From contig JALAGF010005773.1 of the NCBI GenBank assembly GCA_030167865.1, positions 1-57,062 on the forward strand: DNA of 57,062 nt, given 5' to 3'. How positions within the stretch are numbered: the stretch's first letter is position 1; the number at the start of each line of letters is the position of its first letter. Shown piece by piece: positions 1-12,817 of the stretch. The stretch is from Craspedostauros australis (lineage: Eukaryota). The notes under the pieces are model-generated. The model had not been told where the DNA came from. It saw nothing but the letters and a program-made list of their open reading frames with translations, and searched no databases. Made by a program: the position numbers and the translations under genes.

Positions 1-825
1 TGTGAATGGAAACAACAAGTGGAGAGGAAGGAACTTCCTGTTGTCATAGTCTTCCACCGAGGAAGGCTACTCAACAGCATAGATAAGGCTAGACAGTATT
101 GATGACGTCATTGTATGATTAATTTGATTATTTCAGTCCCTCCAAGATCCAACGCGAACGCGAACATTTGGGGAGAGCTCCCCACTGGTTGTCACCACGA
201 CAGGTTCCAGGGGTGGCTTCATTTTACATGCGATATCTCCCTAATGTGTTGGAAAGGCGCAGCACACCAACATCACACACACATCCAAGAAACACGAAGC
301 AGCAGACAGCCAGTATCCCACAACGCGTGGATGAACTTGACACCGGCTCGATGGTAACGGATAGATGTGGTGGTCGCTGTACGAACTGGTGTCGGCGAAG
401 AATGACCGTCTTTCTGTACATTGATGTGCCAAGTTGGAATTTTGTTCGCAGATGCACGACTACGAGACATTTGTCATGGTCACAACAGGTGCTTGTGACA
501 ACAATTATTTTCATTGCGTGTATCTCCGCTACCATCAATGCCCACACATAATGACCATCGGCAAGGAACAAATTATGTGACGGACATGTTTGTTCGGCAC
601 TACAACGTGGTGCGCTTGTTTTGCCTGTTACGTGTGGTGTGTGTTAGCAACAAGACCTGCTCAGACGCACTTTCCCATGTGGTCATGTGGTCGTCTAATC
701 ATGCAATCTCACATCAACAATGTCGATGCCACAGGGAATCTACGAACATTTGCTGCGCCTGTGAATCAGTGACAGTCTCGAGCAATTACGACCACAGCCA
801 ACGATTATACGTGACAAAAGGGGTA

Positions 826-855
826 NNNNNNNNNNNNNNNNNNNNNNNNNNNNNN
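826..855. other. Assembly gap (N run)
   Basis: Run of n characters. Confidence 0.99.
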
Positions 856-1121
856 CATATCTTGTGATTTGGAACACAACTCATCAATTGGTGATTGCAT
901 GCAGAAAGGGTATTGCATTTCTGTCACGGCATCTCTCTCTATTGTAGGTAGTATGGAGAGTCTGGCAACAAAGAGGAAACTTGTACAGAATATCCGTGAC
1001 CAACATTCGAAACGGCTCGCTTGTCAAATGTCATAAAGTGAGTGCAGCGCAAGTTATTCCACATTTATAGTAGTTTCAATACCACGATCAATGTTGACCG
1101 ATCCGGGTGGTGCCTTACATG

Positions 1122-1308
1122 NNNNNNNNNNNNNNNNNNNNNNNNNNNNNNNNNNNNNNNNNNNNNNNNNNNNNNNNNNNNNNNNNNNNNNNNNNNNNNN
1201 NNNNNNNNNNNNNNNNNNNNNNNNNNNNNNNNNNNNNNNNNNNNNNNNNNNNNNNNNNNNNNNNNNNNNNNNNNNNNNNNNNNNNNNNNNNNNNNNNNNN
1301 NNNNNNNN
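1122..1308. other. Assembly gap (N run)
   Basis: Run of n characters. ORFs spanning it are artefacts. Confidence 0.99.
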
Positions 1309-1834
1309 AATGAGAAGGAGGCCATTGATGCTCATTGATATCCAGTATACTCTACGATAAGAAGTTCAGGTGATTTTATGGTGGACGAACATGCGATGGA
1401 AGTATACGGTTGACATGGAGCAGTGCAACCGAGTGCGTGCCTAAGTACGATGTACACTTTTGTGCCAATCAAACTCGAGACTGCATTTTCAGAAGTCTAC
1501 CCTTGTGTCTACTTTGGGTAGACATTGGTCGTCTGTCGTGCATACGTCAGGTTCTTGAGCACACCGCAGTGTTCTGTGTGATTTCCAACTATTGTGCGTC
1601 CTCCTGGACCAAAAAGACACAAGGAACAGTGACGTAGTTCATCCATCAAAATCGAAAACAAAGTCAAACCAACACAGAAACGACGCATCGCAACACATCG
1701 CAACACATCGCGACACATCAACCCACGCAACGCTAGACAGATCACGACACAAGTGTTATCCATCAAATCAAACGGCAGCGATAGCACAGTTTGTGGAGGA
1801 CACCAATACCTTCAACGGAACGAATTGGAGCAAG

Positions 1835-2748
1835 ATGGTGACTCGATCTGCTCGTACCAGTATCTGCCTAATTGGCGCCCTCCTGATTTCTGCCACGAGC
1901 AACAGCGACAATGGCACCGGAGGTTGGTTGGGAATCCGCGCAACAGCACAGGCGCTGAGCATGCCACATACCTCTGCACCGGAATCCAAGACGGTGGACC
2001 GACGCAGCTTCTTGGGTGCTGCGTTCGTCTCCACTTGCGCCTTACCAGCGCGGCAAGCAAACGCCGACACTGAGCCAGCGGTTTACACCAAGACGACGAA
2101 GGAGTTTGCGTACGCCTTCCGACCACCGACCGACTTCAGCAACACCAAGAAACCGCTACAAACGCACTTGGAGGAGGTCAATTTTGTGTCAGACACCACG
2201 AAAGGATATCAGTACGGCATTACGGTGGACCCTGTTCGAATCGAGAGCTTGAAGCAGGTACGATGCATTCGGCGGGGCTGGAATGTTTGAGTGTGTGCAG
2301 CCAGTGGTGTTCCCGTTGCCATGTTCCTCACATTGTATTCACTGGTATCGTCTGCTGTCATTTGCGAACGACATCTTACGCGCACCAACCGATAACATCC
2401 AAACAATGCAACTCGACGCAACTCAACGTCACACGACGCAACACGATGTGACTGTGCGACCAGTTCGGAACGCCTGAAGAGGTCGCAGCCAGGGTGGTGA
2501 CGGCGGAGGTGAATCGCGACGGTGTGTTCGAAGTCACATTGGTGTCCGATCCCATTGCGTCCGATGATGGATCGTACGTCCTGGAGTACCTGTCGGATGG
2601 CAAACGCGGCAAAAAGCACTTTGTCACGAAGATCTTTGTTTCCAAGAAGAAGCTGTACGTTTTGACAGCGCAGGCGAAGGAAGTAGACTTTGCGTCAGTC
2701 AAGGAGGAGTTGTTTGGGACGTTGACCACCTTTGCGGTGTCCACGTGA
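1835..2748 (+). CDS. PsbP-domain thylakoid lumen protein, 2 exons (1835-2257, 2464-2748)
   Basis: A phase-0 GT..CAG intron at 2258-2463 joins DPVRIESLKQ|FGTPEEVAARVV, typical of the PsbP/PPD family, with KLYVLTAQAKE near the C-terminus. The N-terminus has a hydrophobic signal, a twin-Arg motif (DRRSFLG) and an AxA cleavage site (ANA|DTE). Confidence 0.88.
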
Positions 2749-3551
2749 TGAAAGATAGTGACATACTTGTAGAGTACTCTATTTGCCTCCATTTCAAGAG
2801 TATGCCGCAGCACATCCGGTGTCTTAGACTCTCACCAGCACCCCCACTCTCACAATGGCCGGACAATGAGACATCATTTGTTGCGCACCGTGATGCTCTA
2901 CGTATGGAGACAATGACACAGAAGGAGAGCGTACTCGATGACTCTGTTCTATCAGGACATCGAAGAGCGGGATATTACGATACTCCATCCAGGTGCCGAG
3001 AGTGTTGGCGAATGCATGATGACGACGGCAAACATGCATCTATGCACTCCGTAGTCGGATCATGACCTACGCGAGTGGCGATTGTCATGAATCCCGCGCG
3101 AAATGTGTAGAGTATGGAATGTGCGGGTAGTCAACATCGACATGCGCGTGCTGTATGTTCATTCGGTGTTATGCACAGTCATGATCTTCATGAATATCCC
3201 CTGCATGCAGTCTTGATTGTTTGCTCCGTCACACACTCCTCGGTGTATTTAGCCATGCTTTGGGTAGCTTTTGCAAGTCAGCACACTCGTATGGTCTCGT
3301 AAAGTACTTCATTTGTGACAGTCTCGTGCTGAACGCAACTGGAATGACGATCAGTGATTGTTTCGTGCAAGGTGCGATGCGCTCAATGCGTTCTTGTTGT
3401 ATGTTGATGATATTCCGCAGAATCTATGTCTCCAGTTGGCGATGATCTGAACCCTTCACTCTTGACTATCTCTCTCTCTCTCTCTCTCATTCCATGAGGC
3501 AGCATCGCACGTTCAGCAGCCAATCATTGCGGGGCTGCGACACTCAGCGAT

Positions 3552-3746
3552 TTACTTGATCTTGTGCTCTCTGAATAGAACCCTCTGTCGGACGATGGGA
3601 TCGAACTTGACGAGTTGCAGCTTGTGCTGAGTGTTGGACACGTTCTTTCTCGTCGTGTAGAAGAAGCCAGTCCCCGCTGTGCTCAGGAGCTTGATAGGGA
3701 TGGTCTTTCCCTTGCCTCTGGCGAGATTCACAATTGTCTGGTGCAT
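3552..3746 (-). CDS. MRPL33: Ribosomal protein bL33, probably mitochondrial
   Basis: [18 protein letters not shown]...[18 protein letters not shown] is the bL33 signature. There is no plastid presequence. Confidence 0.93.
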   Translation of the reverse strand: MHQTIVNLARGKGKTIPIKLLSTAGTGFFYTTRKNVSNTQHKLQLVKFDPIVRQRVLFREHKIK

Positions 3747-4534
3747 GATGTCTGGTGTGTTGTGTGTAGCGTGTGCTGCAATGTTCGTCTCTCGAAACGA
3801 GCCGCGTCAGTCTGAAATTCAATGCAGTTCGATTCGACGTGCGACGTGTTTGTGGATGGATGGAGGGATGGAGGGATGAATGAATGAATGAGTTCCGATG
3901 GATGAATGCCGATGTTGACAAAGTTGTCGACGATGTTGTTGTGATGTCGATGATGGTTGTGTCGGCGCCCAAAGCGATAGCACCGTGGTGAGGCGTCCTT
4001 GCGTTGGTGATGGTGTCGATGTCGTGGTTTGATCTGCTTCGTGCATTTCGGTGTGTTTGTCTTGTCTCAGCGGAGCTTGCCGGTCGACACACTGGCAAAC
4101 ATTCGATCATCAGTCTGGACGTCTACCGTATGTGCACTTTTCCACCTGATCAAGAAGGACTCCATCAGATCCTTGGGATGCCTCGGATGAAAATCTTCGT
4201 GTTTCTGCTAGGTTCTTTGCGGCTTCGACCAAGATCGAACAACAGAGATGTGTGTGCAAACCAAAACCAAACAAAGAACGATACGAAGCCAGCTGCATCC
4301 GCTGCGGGAAGCACACACAGAGACACACACACCCAAGCACACGGGAGCGAACGGCGAGAGGTCATCCATCAAAAAGCACTCCGCAGCGATACCCATCACC
4401 TGCAGCCAACCCAATTCGAAGACGTGAACGTCCAGAGTCCCATTCTGATCCTTGTCCACACCACACCACGCCCTGTAACTCTACTCCACTCTACTCCATT
4501 CAATTCCATTGTCTTGTATTCTAGCGCAGACAAG

Positions 4535-5410
4535 ATGTCCGAATTCACAAACTCCATCCCCACGGACGCCATCCCGCAGCAGGGATTCGACTTCGAGAAT
4601 GCGCAGCGCAACCAGATGATCGGCGGCATGCAGGGCAGCGACAAGCTGCCAAAGCCCATGAAGACCGGAACCACTATCGTCGGAATGGTGTACAAGGACG
4701 GCGTCGTGCTGGGTGCCGACACCCGCGCCACGTCCGACACGGAAGTCGCGGAGAAGAACTGCAAGAAGATCCACTACATGGCACCCAACATCTACTGCTG
4801 CGGAGCCGGAACTGCCGCGGATTGCGACAAGATCACGGACCTGGTCTCCAGCCAGCTGGAGCTGCTCCGCATGAGCACGCATTCGGGATCGCGGATCGTC
4901 ACCGCCTGCACCATCCTCAAGCGCCGCCTCTTCCGGTATCAGGGACACGTCAGCGCCGCGCTCATCCTGGGCGGCTGCGACATCAACGGGCCAGCCGTGT
5001 ACCAGATCTACCCTCACGGAAGCACCTCCAAGCTCTCCTACACCACCATGGGCAGCGGAAGCCTGGCGGCGATGGCCGTCATGGAGAGCGGCTGGCGCGA
5101 GGACATGACCGAGGCCGAGGCCGTCAAACTGGTGCAGCGGTCGATCGGGGCAGGAATCTTCAACGACCTTGGCAGTGGAAGCAACTGCGACATCTGCGTC
5201 ATCCGCTCGGACTCGTCTGTTGACTACCGCCGCAACGACGTCAAGCCCAACGAGATCACCCCGCTTCGAAACAGCGTGCAGCATTCGGCCTTGCTGACGA
5301 TGAACCCAGGTCTCACCCCCACATTGGGAGCACCCATCGTGAAGCCCCACCCGCGCGCAGCCACCTTGGCGGACATCACCGTGACGGAGATGGAGGTTGA
5401 GGCATCTTAG
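4535..5410 (+). CDS. PSMB7: 20S proteasome subunit beta type-2 (PSMB7/Pup1)
   Basis: Propeptide GFDFEN..RN, then MKTG|TTIVG with catalytic Thr1, [22 protein letters not shown] and [11 protein letters not shown]. The ATG at 4535 marks where strong codon bias begins. Confidence 0.95.
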   Translation: MSEFTNSIPTDAIPQQGFDFENAQRNQMIGGMQGSDKLPKPMKTGTTIVGMVYKDGVVLGADTRATSDTEVAEKNCKKIHYMAPNIYCCGAGTAADCDKITDLVSSQLELLRMSTHSGSRIVTACTILKRRLFRYQGHVSAALILGGCDINGPAVYQIYPHGSTSKLSYTTMGSGSLAAMAVMESGWREDMTEAEAVKLVQRSIGAGIFNDLGSGSNCDICVIRSDSSVDYRRNDVKPNEITPLRNSVQHSALLTMNPGLTPTLGAPIVKPHPRAATLADITVTEMEVEAS

Positions 5411-6667
5411 CTTCCGTCCTCGTTTCATCAAATTGACATAGCGTCGTGTAGTATGCACTCGTATGATACTTGGTCTATCTCTTCTTCCTTGATCTCGTCC
5501 CCTTCATGCCCCGTCACTTCTGTTATGTAGAATATGTTGGTGCATATAATATCGTCCTTCATGTTTGTGTCCAATTGTAGGCATAGCAGAGCACACACTC
5601 AGCCACTTATTATTGTGCAGCTGCTGGGCATCCGCTCTCTCTCTCTCTCTAGACAGACAAGCGTGGCCTACGCGTACGACATTGGGGCTATGCAAAGGAG
5701 AAGATCAAAGAACATTAGTCCAGCTGCACTATGTGCCAACAATGCTCGTCCTTACTCGTATCTACTGCTCCGCTGGTATGGTGAATACATGAAGCTGAAT
5801 AACAACAGCCACTTGATGAAAGCATCTGTCATGGAGCACGAAGAATCCTCTCCTCCTTGTGCGTTGCTGCCTCTGTCTGCAAAGTGGCTTCTGATGTCGG
5901 GCAGATCGTGGTTGACATGACTTTTGCCAGCGCTGTTGTCATCGTTGCTTCTGTCGCTGCCATTTTGTGCGTCCTGCCTCTCCAGAGTGCTCCAGTTACT
6001 TGTCAGTGAATTGGTAGTCATACACACATGCGCGCTGTATGCGAACACGATAAGATCCGGCAAATACAACTCACAACCCGAGCCGCCATGGACGCTTGTT
6101 CTCCACTGTTCGCAGTCTGTCGTCCATACTCCGCCATACTCCACATCAAACCTTGAGTCTCGCCCACGGGGTTGTGGTGGCTCATCGAGCAGAATGAAGG
6201 GCAGCTCATCTGTGTTCAAGACTTCCACCGTGAGTTGGTCGAGTGACTGGGTATCATTGGTTTCAACTCGATGTCGTACTTGCAGCAACCTTTTGTGCGT
6301 CGGCATGTACGTATCACAAGCTGTCAAAGGAGGCAGTGCAATCGTCTCAGCACCCGCGTCATTCTCGACATTCGCCGTTGGCCGCTTCGGACATGTTCCA
6401 TGCAAATACTTGCATAACCAATTGCAGTGATGCAGAGTACGGCATCCCAAGATGATCCCACCCGTTTCTCGTCTTCCTCCTCCTCCTCATGCTGCTGCTG
6501 CTGCTGTTTTTGGTGGGCTGTACGATGGACTGTTCCATTCACATTCGCCATTCACATTCGCCATTCATCATTCACGTCAACGTTCACATTTCGTGTCGGA
6601 CATTGCCATCACCATCGCCTTCATCGCTGTCACGGCCATAGTTCTCGATATCATCGGTTCAGCCTGA

Positions 6668-7768
6668 TCAAGCATCATCCGGCTTCCTCATGTGATGATC
6701 CAACTTTCGGAAGGTCTCCACCGTCTGCGGGTTATGCCGGCCCAACCGCTGGCATTGGATGATGAAGGCCTTGCCGTAATTCACCAACGCCCCCTCCGTG
6801 TCCATCTTGCCGGCGTACGCATCGCCAATGTGATGATACGTGCGCGCCGTCGCCTCGTGCTCCTCACCCAGCGTGTGCTCGAAGATGCTCAGCGCCTTGC
6901 GCAGCTCTCGCATTCCCAAATCGAAGCTGCGTTGCGCGTTGAGCACGATGCCCAGCTGGTAGTACGTGCAGGCCGTGTCCTCGTGATCGCGTCCCCACAC
7001 GATGCGTCCCAGCGTGAGCGCTCGCTTGAGCTCCGTCAATGCCTGGTCGTAATCTTGCGCCTGCGAATGGGTGATGCCCAGCTGGTAGTACGTTGACGCC
7101 GTGTCGGGGTGATCCTTGCCCAGGACGGTCCTTCTGATTTCCAACGCCTTGTGAATCTCCACGATGGCACCACGGAAATCGCCCTTCATCTTGAGCGCCT
7201 TGCCCAGCTCCATGTACTGCAGGGCGATCTTGAGGTCAGGGTTGGAGAGCGACGACGCGGCTCTGGTCCTCTGGGAGTGGGCGCGCGAATGATGTATTGA
7301 TTGCTGGTGCAGCTCCTGATCGGTCAGCTGCTTTTCTCGTTTGCCGCCGTGGCCGCGGCGCGAATGGTCCCTCCTCGAGGACGATCCCATCTTGGAGCTC
7401 CTCTCCCTGCTGTTCGACTCGGAGTTGGAACGAGCGCCGCGCTGGCCTTGGCTGTGGGTTCGGTCGTGCTTCCGGCTGCCTTTCTCGTTGTTGCTGTTGC
7501 TGTTGTTGCTGTTGCTGGTGTTGTGAGTGCTCGGACGCTGCAGTCTCTCCCTTGACCCTCTGCTCCTCCTATCTCTCTCGCGCGCCTCCTCGTGCTGTTC
7601 GTCCTGCTGTGCGTTGCTATCGTCCTGGCTGTTGCTGTCTGTTGTGTTGCTGTGGCTGTCGTCGTTCTCGTTGTTCTCGTCGTTGTTCTCGTTAGTGCTG
7701 CGGTGGTCATCGCCGTTGCTGTGTTCTGAAGGAGTCTCAAATAACACAACCTTCCCTTTCATGGCCAT
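6668..7768 (-). CDS. TPR-repeat protein (kinesin-light-chain-like 42-aa TPRs) with low-complexity N-terminus
   Basis: Repeats such as ALEIRRTVLGKDHPDTASTYYQLG, WGRDHEDTACTYYQLG and LGEEHEATARTYHHIG. Confidence 0.88.
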   Translation of the reverse strand: MAMKGKVVLFETPSEHSNGDDHRSTNENNDENNENDDSHSNTTDSNSQDDSNAQQDEQHEEARERDRRSRGSRERLQRPSTHNTSNSNNSNSNNEKGSRKHDRTHSQGQRGARSNSESNSRERSSKMGSSSRRDHSRRGHGGKREKQLTDQELHQQSIHHSRAHSQRTRAASSLSNPDLKIALQYMELGKALKMKGDFRGAIVEIHKALEIRRTVLGKDHPDTASTYYQLGITHSQAQDYDQALTELKRALTLGRIVWGRDHEDTACTYYQLGIVLNAQRSFDLGMRELRKALSIFEHTLGEEHEATARTYHHIGDAYAGKMDTEGALVNYGKAFIIQCQRLGRHNPQTVETFRKLDHHMRKPDDA

Positions 7769-8689
7769 GGTCGAGAACGACCACTCCCTCTATCTCGTGC
7801 TACTACGACTATGACTAGTCGTACGTGTATGGCGCCGATGCTCTTCTGTGTTGACAGAGTCGTGATAATGGATGCCTGACTGATTTGTCGTTGCGCAAGA
7901 CTGTCCTAACCGGTGGGTCTCCTTGTCTGCTGATGATTGATGCTGCACGTCGTCGTCGTACCATGCGTGGATTCTGCCCTCCGTTTCTTCCCTCCTCTTT
8001 CGTTTGCTGTGTGTGTGGATGTCTCTCGGAAGTGGCTGGTGTCGTGTTGCTCGGACGGCGCCTCGAACAAGTGGTGTGTCCACGCACACACAGCCGTCGT
8101 GTTGAGTTGTGCCATCCCCCACAAACAGGGATGTGAGTCACTTGGTTTCGCGAAGACATTTTTGTTCGTCATGTCCGCCATTTTTGTGACAATGCCAGCA
8201 TGTCTCGCCGAAACGAACAAATCCGAACACCATATGTCTGTCAATCCCTATTTGGCGTTTCAGACAGACACTTGTTGGTCACTATGGAAACTGACAACGC
8301 GATTTTCCACACAGACTGCTATTTCTGGTGTCTTAACTGACACTTGTGTCGCCGACATTGAAACAACTGGGTGGCACGGTATATGTCTAGCCTGCGTCAG
8401 TCAAACAGATGAGCGACATTCCCGCCACAACCAGCCAACATTTCGCACAACAAACACGCGAAGACATGGCAGATCCACCCAACCAAACACAAACACCCAA
8501 CAAAGAAGTGGAAGGAATCAACCAGCGGCACATCATCCACTCCAGCAACAGCAGACCATCTTTCAGACAACAAGAACCTCCCGCGACACCAATCCATCCG
8601 AAGGCTCCCACCCAGGCCAAGAGCAAGCACAGCAAAGCAAGTAGAGCACGGCATATCCGTCATCAAGTTCAAACCTTACAAACACAACA

Positions 8690-9205
8690 ATGGTAAGCCA
8701 TCATCGCTGCCTGCCACGGACAGCGTGAAAGCCCGAGCCATTGCGCGAGCTGCGTAGACCATCCATCTGACATCGTCCTTTCTCTTCGTTCTCACCAACG
8801 TCGTCATCTTGACCTTTCTCTACCGCTTTCTCTTCACCCCTGGCTCTGCGCGTTCCATTGATTCTCTGTTCGGAATTACATTCACTCCACCCTACGTTGC
8901 GGAACCGCGAAACACCACGAAATGCGATGCCACCACGCATCAATTCGCAGGCCCAATTCATCGTCAATCCCAAGCCATTCCTGGCAGATCTGACAGGCAA
9001 GAATGTGCGCATCAAGCTGAAATGGGGCATGGAATACCAGGGCAAGCTCACAAGCAGCGATGCCTACATGAACCTGCAGCTGCAAAAGACCGAGGAATAC
9101 GTCGACGGACAGATGGCTGGTTACTTGGGGGAAGTGCTGATCAGATGCAACAACGTGCTGTACATCAGAGCCGCGGAACAGCAGGACAATGCCATGGAAG
9201 ATTAG
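8690..9205 (+). CDS. SNRPF: Small nuclear ribonucleoprotein F (SmF); exon 1 contributes only the ATG (8690-8692), exon 2 is 8951-9205
   Basis: ATG|GTAAGC...CGCAG|GCC gives [18 protein letters not shown]...[10 protein letters not shown]...DAYMNLQL...[14 protein letters not shown], containing the Sm1 and Sm2 motifs. Confidence 0.94.
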
Positions 9206-12200
9206 AGTCCGTCTCTATCATTGCATGTGCGCATATTCGTGCATCACAGAGTACTCGTACGTGGAAGTCCAGCACCATTTGTCTGATTTCCATTGCCAAG
9301 AACAGAGACAACGGCCTGCAACGCAGCACCCTTACGAGGTTTGATCATGAGCGACATTCTGCGGCAGTCCCAGCATCCGTGTTCATCACCGATTCAATCG
9401 AGGAAAGGGAAGGGAACGACCAACGTGTTCTTGTGCACGAGCGAGTCGGTGCGTGCTGATCGCGTGAACGTTAGCCCACACACATCGAACAACACAATAC
9501 GAGCAGACTGTCCACGGAATTCGTGCGACTCTACGTACTTCGGTTTTCATTGCTGCATATCGGGCGGATACAACACAGCATGGTCAACCAGATGTACGTC
9601 ACGCATCAGATGCGGGTCGCTGGCTGACCGGCTGCTCATCGTTCCTGCGGTGCAAAACTTGTGATTTATTATATGTCTACGAGAACTTGGCTCCATTTAT
9701 CGTATGCAATATAGTAGCCCCGAACATTTCTCCAGACCTGAGTAGCGTACACGAATGTAAGCACGAACAAGACCGATCAACAACGGCTGACTGAATAACT
9801 GTATTCGACTTTTGGTGTGCTTTATGGTATCGCTGTTCGCCACTCTCCGTGCATGTGCAGGTACGTGCTACAGGATTCTGCCGGCATCAAAGCAATCCAA
9901 TGGCGACAATCATACAGCTGATCTTCTCTGTGTTCCTTCTATCGCCATGGTTCCAATTGGACCCTAAAACTGGATGTACACGAACAGTGCTTGAGCTGCT
10001 TGGTCCTCGCATGTTGAGCACAAATGAAGTATCACATCCATATCAGTAGGTACGAGCAAATGGCTTCCGCGGAGACTTGAATAGGTTTGGTGTTAATATG
10101 CAATAGGATCTTTCTGTTCCATATTCCGTTTCTGTCGTGCAGTTCATCCAATCGATGTGTCTGCTATTTCGAGTATTCCCCAGTCCCTCCTCTTGAAAAC
10201 CAGCCGACGAGTGCGAAATGCACGGCAGCTCCATCAGCAGCCACTGAGGTGATCGAGTTTCTCCAGCATAGCACTGTCGCAGGACTCGGAGCGCAACGTG
10301 CATACCAAGGAGCCCGATGCCAATGTCACATACTCGCAGAGTAGTCTCAGACGCATCGCACGAGTAGCAATATCATCGCATGATCGTCTGCCTATACCGC
10401 ATGCACATGACCGATGCTTTGGGTATCGGCAATGCTTCACTCGGAGAGTAGCCTGTCTGCTACGCCGTCGAATGATCTCATTTCCAAAGCTGCACAATTG
10501 CAGGCAACACCGCCTGTTGGATGTGGCGAATTCGTCCACCGCAATTGCGTTTTTGTTTGCTTCTGCTTATATCGTCGGTTTTCGCCTTTCTCGATCTCAT
10601 TCCTTGAAGAAGAGGACATGGAGCGACATCATGACACAAGCAACGCTGACGAAGGGCGAAAGCCGTTCGCCTATCCGACTCAACTTCCAGCAAAATCCAA
10701 CCAACCCATCCCGATCTTCATGTGCCCGCTTGTTCTCTCTTGGCTGTGGCATTGCAGTGAAATGTCACAGAGCAGTGTGTCATGGAGTATAATACCATAC
10801 CGCGCGAATTCCATTGCGTTGGGAAGCAGGTAGAAATGTTGAAAATACATTTGAAAAACAAGAGCGTGGAGCGGAGGAACAGTCGAGAAAGGCGATCTGC
10901 GTGAGCTGATTGGTGGGTTGCATCGGTGTTTTGCGGTGTCGAGAGCAATGTCTTTGCAGTACTGATCGTACTCTTCGTATGGTTCATGACGGTGTACTCC
11001 GACTCGCACTCGGAAGGCGTTTGTTGCCATGCTTCCTCACCTTGCCTGCATCAAAGATCGTCGGCCGCAGCTCCCGCAAGTATGTGCAGGTGCAGATCAT
11101 CAAAGTCAGCAGCAGCAGTATGGATGAGAAATTGAATATTGCGAACATGGTAGAGTAGGATCAAGGGCGGCGCCTAGTTGGGACGTTGTTGCGATGGTAA
11201 GATCGTGCGAGATGGGATCGAGGTTGCGCCGTGTCTGTGCGAGTATGTGTGAGTATGTCTGAGTATGTATGAGCTATGGCACGTCTTGGGATGCTCTTTG
11301 GTTCACTTTGCTTCCATGTGCTGTGTTGTTGGTCATTTGCTGTCTTGTTGTGTGTTGTCATTCCTTTTCGTTGTTTGTTGTTGTTGTTGGTCCTTGCACC
11401 GATTCTTGCATTGAGTCCCGTGCCAACGTGATCGAATTGGAGGACACAAATCGAAGAATTCCGAGGACCACCAAACCAGAGTGTCGCAGTTGTGCATGGT
11501 TCAAAGTAGAATATAATAATAGAATACCACCATGTGTGCCTGGCCAACAAACCAAAGGGAAGGATCGCAAGTGCACATAGCGGCGTGGCAAATGTGACAG
11601 AAGGGGGCTACATGGTATGATAGTCGATCATTGTGTGTGTGCGTTGGGGTTGATGGTGCAGGCGAGGTTGTCTCGTCGTCGGAATGTTGCAGGGGGGTGC
11701 ATACTGGCCAAAACCAAGATCTTGCTGGGGGGATGGATACCATTCTGATACGCGCAGACAGGACTCCAAGCCTGGCAAATTCTTCGGCTGAGGATGATGC
11801 GGAACGGTCTCCAGTCGATCTCTCCTTCTCTCTGTGTGCCACATGCGTAGTCGGGCTTTGCGTTACGGTCCTGATCACGTGTGAGCGTGAAGGTTGATGC
11901 TTCTGCAGAACCATCACAGAGCAACGCAATACCAGCAACAGCTCCAGGTCCACCATCAAGCGCGTTGCACTGGCAGAATGGAACGTTTGCGTTCGTTGCT
12001 TGTTTCGTGTGGAGGTTTCGCCAAGGGCATTCTCGTGATGTTTGGAGGGAGCACGTGGAAAATGTGAGGCGAACAGCAAGTTGTCCGTTTGTGGCCCGAG
12101 GCAGCTGCCTCAACGGAATACCGTTATGGCAACCACAATGATGAGACAACAAAAATGTCGATGGCACGAGTTCAAGGCACAAGCACGATGCAATTTGCCA

Positions 12201-12817
12201 CAATTCGGCACAAAGCCAAGACACAAAGGATGCACTCCGATCAAAAGAACATCAGCACCAGTGTTCCGCTCGCGGTTCGAGAAGGCCGAGGCCTCGACAT
12301 GTTCGCATGCTGTGCGCATCACATGGCAGAAGACACAGAGAGAGAGAGGAGGCAAAGCGACATCCTCCCAAATTCGATCTGCGAGTGCTGCTACGACAGG
12401 AGGAGGAGGTGCGGGGCGGACCTCCTGTCGCCCCTCCCCCTTGGCAACTGATCCCCTCTGCTTGCACTCGCGCCTCGGAGCACCACCAACCAAATCCGCT
12501 ATCGCCTTGTGGATGGTTCACAAATCGCTCCATCCACCCGAACGGTGTTGTCACACGTTTCTCTCACCCCAAGACTAACCCAGCCTGGCGTCGTCGGTGT
12601 CGCTGGTACTCTTGTGTGCAAGGTTTGCCCGGTGGCTGGTGATGCTGTTGTATCCACATCAACAAAGGTCGCGGCGACATCCAACACCATTGTTCACAAA
12701 CAGCGAAGTTCGGACCCTCAGGCTGTTGGGACCATCAGAGGCGTCCATCCCATTAATCACAACCTCAGCCGCAACTGCAGCCGCAGCTACCGATACTGCA
12801 CTCCAACTAAACCCACC

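Noticed and set aside
4004..4534. 177-aa N-terminal extension of the proteasome beta2 ORF
   Set aside because: It is low-complexity promoter/UTR sequence shared with the divergent L33 gene. Family homology begins at ATG 4535.
4481..5458. 325-aa minus-strand ORF, and similar antisense ORFs over RRP5, the phosphatase and the U32 gene
   Set aside because: Antisense shadows of GC3-rich coding sequence with no recognisable domains.
5500..6660. 232-aa and 168-aa ORFs between PSMB7 and the TPR gene
   Set aside because: Non-ATG or weak starts, no motif and no codon bias, so they cannot be supported as genes.
9300..12500. Many short overlapping ORFs
   Set aside because: No domain signature or consistent exon chain was found, so the region is treated as intergenic or unresolved.
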